Shown: positions 10,207-18,747 of the stretch, one piece after another
Layout: each line of letters starts with the position of its first letter
Numbering within the stretch: position 1 is the stretch's first letter
NCBI GenBank assembly: GCA_038245295.1
Contig: JBBRSP010000002.1
Span: 224,001 to 288,000 of the forward strand
DNA length: 64,000 nt
Direction of reading: 5' to 3'
Source of the DNA: Candidatus Binatia bacterium
GTDB taxonomy: Bacteria > Desulfobacterota > Binatia > HRBIN30
Program-made: the position numbers and the translations under genes
The notes under the pieces: model-generated
Database searches by the model: none
Seen by the model: the letters and a program-made list of their open reading frames with translations, nothing else
What the model was told of the DNA's origin: nothing

Positions 10207-10229
10207 GCATTCTCCGGGCGGAGGCCTGG

Positions 10230-10583
10230 TCACGGGGCTGGAATAATCTTGCGGCCAACAATGCGTCCCTGGTTGAATTCGATGTCGCAGCCGACTCGGT
10301 TCTCCGTCTGTTCATGATTGAGCACGACGACGGCGCCGCGCGCCGCGAAGGCCGACAATCCTGCCGCGTGTGCGCGATCGACAATCTTGTCGGCCGGGAG
10401 GTCATCGGGCAAGGAGTCGCAGAACACACGCAGATTGCGCGTGTCGTCGGTTGAGACTCGCCAAAAGACCAACACGCCGCCGATGACCAACGCGCCCATG
10501 ATCCAGGCGACTCGCCGGCGTCTCTTCGTCACCACGTTCTCAGCCACGCAGCGTGAGGTACGGCGTTGCGACAGCCTGGTCAA
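10230..10583 (-). CDS. Small membrane-anchored hypothetical protein (start uncertain)
   Basis: Basic RRRR followed by a TM segment; two Cys; fills the gap between features. Confidence 0.5.
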   Translation of the reverse strand: MTRLSQRRTSRCVAENVVTKRRRRVAWIMGALVIGGVLVFWRVSTDDTRNLRVFCDSLPDDLPADKIVDRAHAAGLSAFAARGAVVVLNHEQTENRVGCDIEFNQGRIVGRKIIPAP

Positions 10584-10650
10584 CCGTGCGGCCCAGAATC
10601 CTGAGGCATTCAGGCTTGCCCCGCGTGCGCCGATGTCTCATCTATGGGGC

Positions 10651-12135
10651 ATGCGACGATTCGTGTCGGGGACCGTGTTGCTGCTCGTGCTTGGTCTGGT
10701 GGCCGTCGGCATCGGTTGCACCGCGCTGCGTCTGCCGTTTGGGTGGACGGTAAATTTTGCCGGCAGCAGCGGCGAGGCCATTCCCGAGGATCAGCTGGCA
10801 CAGCGTGTCGACTTGGCACCGGGATTCTCTATGACCACGTACGTCACCGGCATTCCCAACGCGCGTGTCATGCGCTTCACCGAGGCCGGCGATATCCTGG
10901 TCAGCGCGCCGCGCCAGGGCAAGGTGTTTCTGGTCAAGCGTGGCAGCGACGTCGGCTACGCCGACGGTGTCGTCGAGTTGCTGCACGATCTGCACAACCC
11001 GCACGGCTTGGCGCTCTCCGGAAACTGGCTGTATGTCGCCGAGAGCGACGCCGTCCTGCGTGTGCGCTTCGACGCGAAACTGCGTCAGGTGCTGACGCCG
11101 CCCGTGAGGATTATTACGGACCTTCCCGATGCCGGCCGGCATTGGACGCGCACGCTGGGCATAGGACCCGACAACAAGCTCTATGTCTCCGTCGGTTCCA
11201 GCTGCAACGTTTGCGTTGAAGAGGATGCGCGCCGCGCCGCCATCAGTGTCTACAATCTGGACGGCACGGGGGGACGCTTGTACGCCACCGGACTGCGTAA
11301 CTCCGTTGGCTTCACGTGGCGGCCGCCGACCGGCGAGATGTTTGCCACCGACAACGGCCGCGACCTTCTTGGCGACGACTTCCCGCCGTGTGAGCTCAAT
11401 CACATTGTCGATGGCGGCTTCTACGGCTGGCCGTATGCCAACGGCGATCGTGTGGTTGATCCCGACGAAGGTAAGGGGAAGGAAGCCCTGGTTGCCGCTT
11501 CGCTGCTGCCGGCACATGCGTTTGCGGCCCACGTCGCGCCGCTCGGGATCACATTCTATGAAGCGAGCGTCTTCCCGGAGCGTTATCGCGGCGCCGCGTT
11601 TGTGGCGCAGCACGGCTCTTGGAACCGGTCAACCAAGAGCGGATACAAGGTGGTCGCCCTTTTCTTCGACGCCGACGGCTCCATTCGTGAAGAGCCGTTC
11701 GCCTCGTTTTTGAAGGGAGAAGAGGTGCATGGCCGGCCTGTCGACGTTGCCGTCGGACCAGACGGTGCCCTGTATGTCTCTGATGACTTTACCGGATCGA
11801 TCTACCGCATCGCCTACGGACCGCCGGCGCCTCGCCGCGCCGTAGCTCCGGGCGGTCCGTCGATTGGCGATCCGCTCGCCGCCCTTAGCGCGTCCGAGCG
11901 CGCCGCGGCCGTCGCTCGCGGCAAGGCGCTGTGGGATGCGAAGCCCTGCACCACGTGTCATGAGCCGGGCGAGGGTCGTCCGCTCTACAAGCCGCTCGAG
12001 CACCTGGGAAGTCGGTACGACATCGAGTCGCTCAGCGCATTCCTGCAAACACCGCAGCCGCCCATGCCATTGTTCCCGTTCACAGACGCCGAGCGTCGTG
12101 ACCTGGCGATCCACCTGCTGGCGACACGTCCGTAG
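10651..12135 (+). CDS. PQQ-dependent sugar/L-sorbosone dehydrogenase fused to a C-terminal cytochrome c
   Basis: Signal/lipobox IGC; HWTRT, VGSSCNVC, GLRNSVG, HGSWNR, GRPVDV; C-terminal CTTCH and PPMP. Confidence 0.88.
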   Translation: MRRFVSGTVLLLVLGLVAVGIGCTALRLPFGWTVNFAGSSGEAIPEDQLAQRVDLAPGFSMTTYVTGIPNARVMRFTEAGDILVSAPRQGKVFLVKRGSDVGYADGVVELLHDLHNPHGLALSGNWLYVAESDAVLRVRFDAKLRQVLTPPVRIITDLPDAGRHWTRTLGIGPDNKLYVSVGSSCNVCVEEDARRAAISVYNLDGTGGRLYATGLRNSVGFTWRPPTGEMFATDNGRDLLGDDFPPCELNHIVDGGFYGWPYANGDRVVDPDEGKGKEALVAASLLPAHAFAAHVAPLGITFYEASVFPERYRGAAFVAQHGSWNRSTKSGYKVVALFFDADGSIREEPFASFLKGEEVHGRPVDVAVGPDGALYVSDDFTGSIYRIAYGPPAPRRAVAPGGPSIGDPLAALSASERAAAVARGKALWDAKPCTTCHEPGEGRPLYKPLEHLGSRYDIESLSAFLQTPQPPMPLFPFTDAERRDLAIHLLATRP

Positions 12136-12209
12136 GAGTCGCGTAAGCGTTGGTGGGACCACAATTTCGTCATGGTCTGCGGTCGCCCATGTGCAATGAA
12201 ACGCCAGCA

Positions 12210-12356
12210 CCCCCTCTCCCACCTTGGACGGAAGCATCGATCGTGGGAGAGGGCCGAGGTGAAGGCCCGCAGCTGTTCTCCGTCCGGATCCGCAGACCTT
12301 CCCTCACCCTCACCCTCTCCCAGACGTGGCCCTTGCGTTGGAGCTGGGAGAGGGGA
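12210..12356. repeat. BoxC-like purine/pyrimidine inverted repeat element
   Basis: cccctctccc..gggagagggccgaggtgaagg and ccctcaccctcaccctctccc..gggagagggga. Confidence 0.7.
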
Positions 12357-12442
12357 TTCCGGGTGGCTGTCGTTGCTTTTCCAAGTTGGAGTGCGGTGAA
12401 ACTCAGTCGCGATGGTGGCATCTCATTGCCGTGGACACGTCG

Positions 12443-14422
12443 ATGCTGAACCCGGCGCGCCTGAATGCCGAGTGGCTCGAGGCCGACGGGCTTGGAGGCT
12501 TTGCATCGGGCACGGTGAGTGGGGTGCGGACGCGTCGCTACCACGCCCTGTTGCTGACGGCGACCAAACCGCCGGGCGGGCGTATGGTCCTGGTCAATGG
12601 ATTCGAGGCGTGGGTGGAAACGCCCAACGGTCGCTACGCGTTGAGCTCGCAGTTCTACGATCCGGGTGTGCGTCATCCGAACGGTGCCGATTGCATCGAA
12701 AGCTTCTCGGTTGATCCGTGGCCGACCTGGGAGTTCCGAGTGGAAGACGGAACGCGCGTCAGACAGGAAATCTGCGTCGCTCATGAGAGCAGCCGCGCTG
12801 CGGTTACGTGGACGCTGGTGGATCCGTCCGACGGCGTGCGGTTGCACGTGCGCCCGTTGCTCTCCGGGCGCGACTACCATGCCCTGCACCACGAGAATCC
12901 GGCGTTCCGCTTCGACGCGGCCGTGGTGGAAGATCGTGTCGTTTGGCAACCCTATGCCGGCCTGCCGTCGATCGTTGTACATCACACCGGCACCTACGAG
13001 CAGGCGCCCGAATGGTACCGCAATTTCCTCTACACCGCGGAGCGCGAGCGCGGCCTCGACTGCTGCGAGGATCTGGCGTCGCCCGGGATTTTCCGTTTCG
13101 ATCTCGGCGCCAAGAGCGCGACATGGATCCTGGAGGCAACAAGCCGGACGGGCATGGCGGCTAGATCGCGGACGGCGGCAACGACGGTGCTCAAGCGTCT
13201 CCGCGACGGCGAACGCAAACGTCGCCGTGCGCTGCCGACGCGCCTCGAGCGTGCCGCCGGCGCGTATGTCGTGAAGCGCGGCAACGGCAAAACCATCGTT
13301 GCCGGTTATCCATGGTTCACCGATTGGGGACGCGACACGTTCATCGCCTTGCGCGGGTTGTGTCTGGCGACCGGCCGACACGACGACGCGTATGACATCC
13401 TGGTGCAGTGGGCCGGCGCTGTTTCGCAAGGCATGCTGCCGAATCGCTTCGCTGACGCCGGGGACACGGTCGAGTTCAACGCCGTCGATGCATCGTTGTG
13501 GTACGTCGTTGCCGTCTATGAGTTCTTCGTGGCCAGGCGGCAGGCCAATCTCCCGGTGGCCGCGGGCGACGTGCGGGCTCTGCGTACCGCCATCACGGCA
13601 ATCTTGAGCGGCTACAGCGCCGGCACACGCTACGGCATCGCCATGGATTCCGACGGGTTGTTGCGCTGCGGTGAGCCGGGCGTCCAACTGACTTGGATGG
13701 ATGCCAAGGTTGGCGATTGGGTCGTGACGCCGCGCATCGGCAAGCCGGTCGAGGTGCAGGCCTTGTGGGTCAATGCGCTGCGGATCGGGGCTGGGCTGAA
13801 ACAATGGGACCTATGGGACCAAGGCGACGAAGGGGACGGGCGTGAGCGTCAGTGGGCAGATCTGGCGGAGCAGGCGACGCGGTCGTTTCGCGAGCGCTTT
13901 TGGAATCCGCAGCGCCGCATGCTGTTCGATGTGGTGGATGCCGATCACCAGCCTGGAAAGACCGACGCGGCATGTCGGCCGAATCAGATCTTTGCGGTCG
14001 GCGGATTGCCATTCAGTCTACTCGACGGTGAGGTTGCCGCGGCGGTGGTCGAGATCGTGGAGAAGAAGCTTCTGACGTCGATTGGCCTGCGTTCTCTGGC
14101 GAGCGATGAACCGGGATATTGTCCGCGTTATCGCGGCGGGGTGCGCGAACGCGATGCGGCGTATCACCAGGGCACGGTGTGGCCGTGGCTGCTTGGTGCC
14201 TTTGTCGAAGCGTGGGTCAGCGTGCGCGGCAATACATCCGCCGCGAAGGCCGAAGCGCGGTCGCGATTCTTGGAGCCGCTCCTGGGACACCTCGACACGG
14301 CCGGGTTGGGTCATCTTCCCGAAGTCGCCGACGGCGAGCCGCCGCACACGCCGGGTGGATGTCCGTTTCAAGCCTGGTCGGCGGGTGAGGCGTTGCGGTT
14401 GGATCGTCTCGTCCTCGCCTGA
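12443..14422 (+). CDS. Glycogen debranching enzyme (amylo-alpha-1,6-glucosidase, archaeal type)
   Basis: EWLEADGLGGFASGT, TRRYHALL, AGYPWFTDWGRDT, LTWMDAK, YHQGTVWPW, GCPFQAWS. Confidence 0.95.
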   Translation: MLNPARLNAEWLEADGLGGFASGTVSGVRTRRYHALLLTATKPPGGRMVLVNGFEAWVETPNGRYALSSQFYDPGVRHPNGADCIESFSVDPWPTWEFRVEDGTRVRQEICVAHESSRAAVTWTLVDPSDGVRLHVRPLLSGRDYHALHHENPAFRFDAAVVEDRVVWQPYAGLPSIVVHHTGTYEQAPEWYRNFLYTAERERGLDCCEDLASPGIFRFDLGAKSATWILEATSRTGMAARSRTAATTVLKRLRDGERKRRRALPTRLERAAGAYVVKRGNGKTIVAGYPWFTDWGRDTFIALRGLCLATGRHDDAYDILVQWAGAVSQGMLPNRFADAGDTVEFNAVDASLWYVVAVYEFFVARRQANLPVAAGDVRALRTAITAILSGYSAGTRYGIAMDSDGLLRCGEPGVQLTWMDAKVGDWVVTPRIGKPVEVQALWVNALRIGAGLKQWDLWDQGDEGDGRERQWADLAEQATRSFRERFWNPQRRMLFDVVDADHQPGKTDAACRPNQIFAVGGLPFSLLDGEVAAAVVEIVEKKLLTSIGLRSLASDEPGYCPRYRGGVRERDAAYHQGTVWPWLLGAFVEAWVSVRGNTSAAKAEARSRFLEPLLGHLDTAGLGHLPEVADGEPPHTPGGCPFQAWSAGEALRLDRLVLA

Positions 14423-14426
14423 CCGC
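14227..14426 (+). repeat. Left 200-bp direct repeat (3' end of the debranching gene)
   Basis: Aligns without gaps to 25723-25922; 20 mismatches by hand count. Confidence 0.92.
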
Positions 14427-14435
14427 TTTGCACGG

Positions 14436-14550
14436 CCTTCGAGACGCCGCCAAACTCCCTTCGAGACGGCACAAGAATAAGGTGCCTCCTCAGGAGGCGG
14501 CTCCGCAGGCCGAACGGCTGGAGTGCTGAACTCCGAGCCAAATCTCCGTT
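14436..14550. repeat. Nested CCTTCGAGACG..CTCCTCAGG palindromic repeats
   Basis: One copy sits inside the loop of another; same family as 54671-54781. Confidence 0.7.
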
Positions 14551-14720
14551 TGCCCTGAGGTCGTTACGCCCACCCCGCCCGCGCCGCCGCCAGAAGTGTC
14601 GGAACCGACGGCGGCGTGAGTAAAATATCGGCCGGCTTCGGCGCGGCCGTGGCGATCCAAGGATCGCCACAAATGCCGCAGCGCCACGGCGCTGCGCCAG
14701 ACACTCGATAGAGTGAATTC

Positions 14721-14755
14721 AAAAAGGCGCCGCTCGGGAGAACCCGAGCGGCGCC
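14721..14755 (-). terminator. Intrinsic terminator on the minus strand
   Basis: Minus strand reads ggcgccgctcggg-ttct-cccgagcggcgcc-ttttt. Confidence 0.8.
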
Positions 14756-15387
14756 GTCGTTTGGGTCCGCTCGGTCCCCAAGATGCATTGCCGCCTTTTT
14801 CTGCCCATGCCGGTGTCGTTGCGCGATACAAGCGCGCCGACTGTCCTCACTTGGACAACATTCGCTACCTCACAGTGAGAACGAGGGGTGACGAGCTGGC
14901 TGCCGGGAATGGATGCGTTCCTCGGCGTCGATCCCCGGGTCGACTGAACGACTGGCGCAGCCAGTCAGCGCGGACCTGTGCCCGCTATGACAGTGCGCCC
15001 GGCCGCTCCGCGTGCTTCCGGCCCGCGAATTCCTCCGAGCGTCGGCTGACGGACCCTTTGTCCACCCCGTATACGGTCGCCAGTGCATGATTCGACCCTT
15101 CGAACATCGTCCGATACTTACCCTTCATGTGGCTCACGGCCAAATCGGGCTTTAATCCGGGCTATCCGCTGAGGGCGAGATGCGGTGCCGAGCTGTTGGG
15201 GCCCCTTTCGCCGCTCAACAAGCCACCGCAGCGCATGCGTTGGGCTTCGAATGCAGCGGCGTATAGCCGTCGTTGAATTTCCGGGCCGCGCTGAGGCGGA
15301 CCTGATCCATTCCCATGTAGCGGGTCAAGGTGGTGTGGGGCAGACCGGTCTCGCACGCGCCGAGCCCTTGGTCGAGTCGATCGGCGC

Positions 15388-18300
15388 ATGACCTGCTCCG
15401 CTTGCGGACATCAGAATCGGGAGGCCGCGAAGTTCTGAGAGGAATGCGCCGAGCCCCTCAGGCACCAGTGCGCTCGTTGCGGCTCGGAGCTGCGTCTGTC
15501 GGCGAAGTTTTGCGATGAGTGCGGTGCCTCCACGGGAGCCTCGCCCCCCCAGAGAGCACCGGTGTCCTACACGCCCAAGCACCTCGCCGACAAAATCCTC
15601 CAATCCAAGTCCGCTCTCGAAGGCGAGCGCAAGCAGGTGACGGTGCTCTTCGCCGACGTGAAGGGCTCGATGGAGCTGGCGGAGCAGCTCGATCCGGAGG
15701 AGTGGCACGCGATCCTCGACCGCTTCTTCGCCATCCTCTCCGACGGCGTGCACCGCTTCGAGGGCACGGTGAACCAGTACACCGGCGACGGTATCATGGC
15801 GCTCTTCGGCGCGCCGATCGCGCACGAGGATCATGCCCAGCGCGCCTGTTACGCGGCGCTGCAGCTGCGCGACGAGATTGCTCGCTACGCCACCGAGGTG
15901 AAGCGCGAACACGGCATCGGCTTCTCGACGCGCATGGGCCTCAACTCCGGCGCCGTCGTCGTCGGCAGGATCGGCGACGATCTGCGCATGGACTACACGG
16001 CGCAGGGGCACACCGTGGGCCTGGCGCAGCGCATGGAGAGCCTCGCCGAACCCAACACGTGCTACCTGACGGCGACGACGGCAGCGCTGGTGCGCGGCTA
16101 CTTCGCCCTCGATGATCTCGGCGACTTCCGCGTCAAGGGCGTCGGCGAGCCGGTGCGCGTTCATCGCCTCGCCGGCATGGGCAGCGCGCGCACGCGCTTC
16201 GACGTTTCGCGCTCTCGCGGTCTCTCTCATTTCGTCGGCCGCTCGGCCGACCTGCGTACGCTCGAGGACGCGCTGGAGCAGACCGCGGCGGGCAACGGCC
16301 AGGCGGTGGGCGTGGTGGCCGAGGCGGGGACCGGCAAGAGCCGGCTGTGCTTCGAGTTCCTCGAGCGCTGCCGTGCCCGCGGTATGCACGTCTACGAGGG
16401 CCGCGCCGTCGCCCACGGGCGCAACATTCCGCTGCTGCCGATCCTGGAAGTGTTCCGCGCCTACTACGGCATCACGCTCGAGGACGACGATCGCGGCGCG
16501 AGAGAGAAGATCGCCGGGCGCATGGTGCTGCTCGACAACAGCTTCGCCGATGCACTGCCGCTGCTCTTCGACTTTCTCGGTGTTGCCGATCCGCAGCGCC
16601 CCGCACCACGGCTCGACCCGGAAGCGCGCCAGCGCCAGATCCTCGCCGTCATGCGCCAGGTGATCCAGAGCGTCAGCGAGGAGCAGCCGACGATCACGCT
16701 GATCGAGGATCTGCACTGGATCGACGAAGCGAGCGGCCAGTTCCTGGCCCACATGGTCGATGCGCGGGCCGGTAGCCGCAACCTGCTGCTCCTCAACTTC
16801 CGCCCGGAGTACCACGCCGAGTGGATGCAGAAGTCGTGGTACCGGCAGATCCCGCTGACGCCGCTCGGGAAGGACGCGATCGCCGAGCTGCTGGCGGACC
16901 TGCTCGGCACGGACCCGAGCATTGCCACACTGGCCGGCCCGATCCACGCGCGCACCGGCGGCAACCCGTTCTTCACCGAGGAATTGGCGCAGACGCTGAT
17001 CGAGTCGGGGCATCTCGAAGGCACGCGCGGCGCCTACCGCCTGGTGACGCCGATCGAGCGGCTCGCGGTGCCGGCCACCGTGCAGGCGGTGTTGGCGGCG
17101 CGCATCGATCGGCTGCCGGAGCGCGAGAAGCGGTTGCTGCAAGTGGCGTCGGTGATCGGCAAGGACTTCGCCGAGCCGCTGCTCGCGGCTGTGGCGGAGC
17201 TGCCACTCGACGAGATGAAGGCGGCCCTCGCCGCCCTGCGCCGCGCCGAGTTCATCCACGAGCAGGTGATCTACCCGGTGGTCGAGTACTCGTTCAAGCA
17301 TCCGCTGACGCAGGAGGTGGCGCTCGGCAGCCAGCTCAAGGAGCGCCGCCGCCAGGTACACGCCGCGGTGGCGCGGGCGATCGAGCGGCAGCATTCCGAC
17401 CATCTCGACGAGCGCGCGCCGCTGCTGGCGCACCACTGGGAGGAGGCCGGCGAGGCGCTCGGCGCGGCGCGCTGGCACCGGCGCGCCGCCGAGTGGGTGG
17501 GGTACACCGACTTTGCCGCCTCAACCCACCACTGGGGGCGAGTGCGCGCGCTCCGGCGCGAGCTGCCGGACGATCGCGAGGCTGCGGCGCTGGGCTTCGC
17601 TGCGTGCAGAATGCTTCTGAGCATGGGCTGGCGCGTCGGCATGGGACTCGAGGAGGCGCGTACGTTGCTGGACGAAGGACAAGGGCTCGCGAATGCGATC
17701 GGGGATCGACGCTCTTCGCTCTACCTGTCGATGGTCTATGGCCGCACGCTCTGCGGCGCCGGCGAGGTGGCTGCGTATCTCGAGCTGATGATCGAGATCC
17801 GGCGCGCGGCGCTCGAGCTCGACGACTTCGCGCTGCAAGCCGGAGCCTGGGTTTTGCTCACCGACGGCTTCTGCTTCGCAGCACGGTTTCCCGAAGCGCT
17901 ACAAAGCGCGGAGGAAGGGCTCGCGCGCGTCCCCCGTTTCATTTCTCGGGACGGTTGGGTCAACGGCCTCAATCCCTACACCGTGATGTCGTTCTGGCGC
18001 GGCTTCAGTTGCAGCTGGATGGGCCGGCTGCCCGAGGCGATCGAGGAGCTCGCGCGCTGTCGCCGTCTCTGCGAGGAGGACGGCACGCCGGAGATGATCG
18101 GCTATGCCTTCCTCTACGCTGCCGAAGCCCATTATTACGCCCACGACGCAGAGCGGGCACTCGCGTGCGCCCGCCAGGTCGAGGAGATCAGCCGCCAACT
18201 CGGCGAACCGCCTGCATTGGCCGCATACGCGCAGTTCGCCTTTGCCTTGGCACACCTCGCGGCTGGGAGGGTCGCGGATGCGATCGAGGCGGCGCGTAGC

Positions 18301-18747
18301 GTGCTCGACCTGATGGGACGGGTGGAGAAGTTCCAGGCAGGCATGGCCGTGGCCCTGCTGGCCGAGGCCATGCTGCAAGCCGGTGATCCTGCGGCTGCGC
18401 TGTCGGCGGCGGACGAGGCGATCGCGCTTTGCCGCCGTTCAGAGCGCGGCAACTACGAAGCCGCGGCCCATGGCGTCATCGCCCGTGCATTCCTCCGTCG
18501 CGATGGAGCGGCGGCTCGGGGCGCCGTCGAAGTGGCGCTCGCCAGCGCTGCCGCGCTGATCGAACGCACAGGAGCGAAGACGCTCGCACCGGCGCTCTGC
18601 GAGTGGCGCGCCGAGCTCGCCGCCGTGCTCGGCGATGAAGCGACGCGCGTGGAATGGCTGCGCGAAGCTCATCAACTCTACCAACAGATCGGCGCGCCAT
18701 TGCAGGCGGAACGCATTGCCCGGCTGCTAGCGGAAACCACCTTGTGA
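15388..18747 (+). CDS. Double zinc ribbon-class III cyclase-STAND ATPase-TPR protein, copy 1; in-frame TGA at 15436-15438 (uninterrupted ORF 15562-18747)
   Basis: MTCSACGHQNREAAKF*EECAEPLRHQCARCG..FCDECG is in frame with the downstream ORF; FADVKGS, TGDG, Walker A EAGTGKS, LIEDLHW, GGNPFF, FKHPL. Confidence 0.85.
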
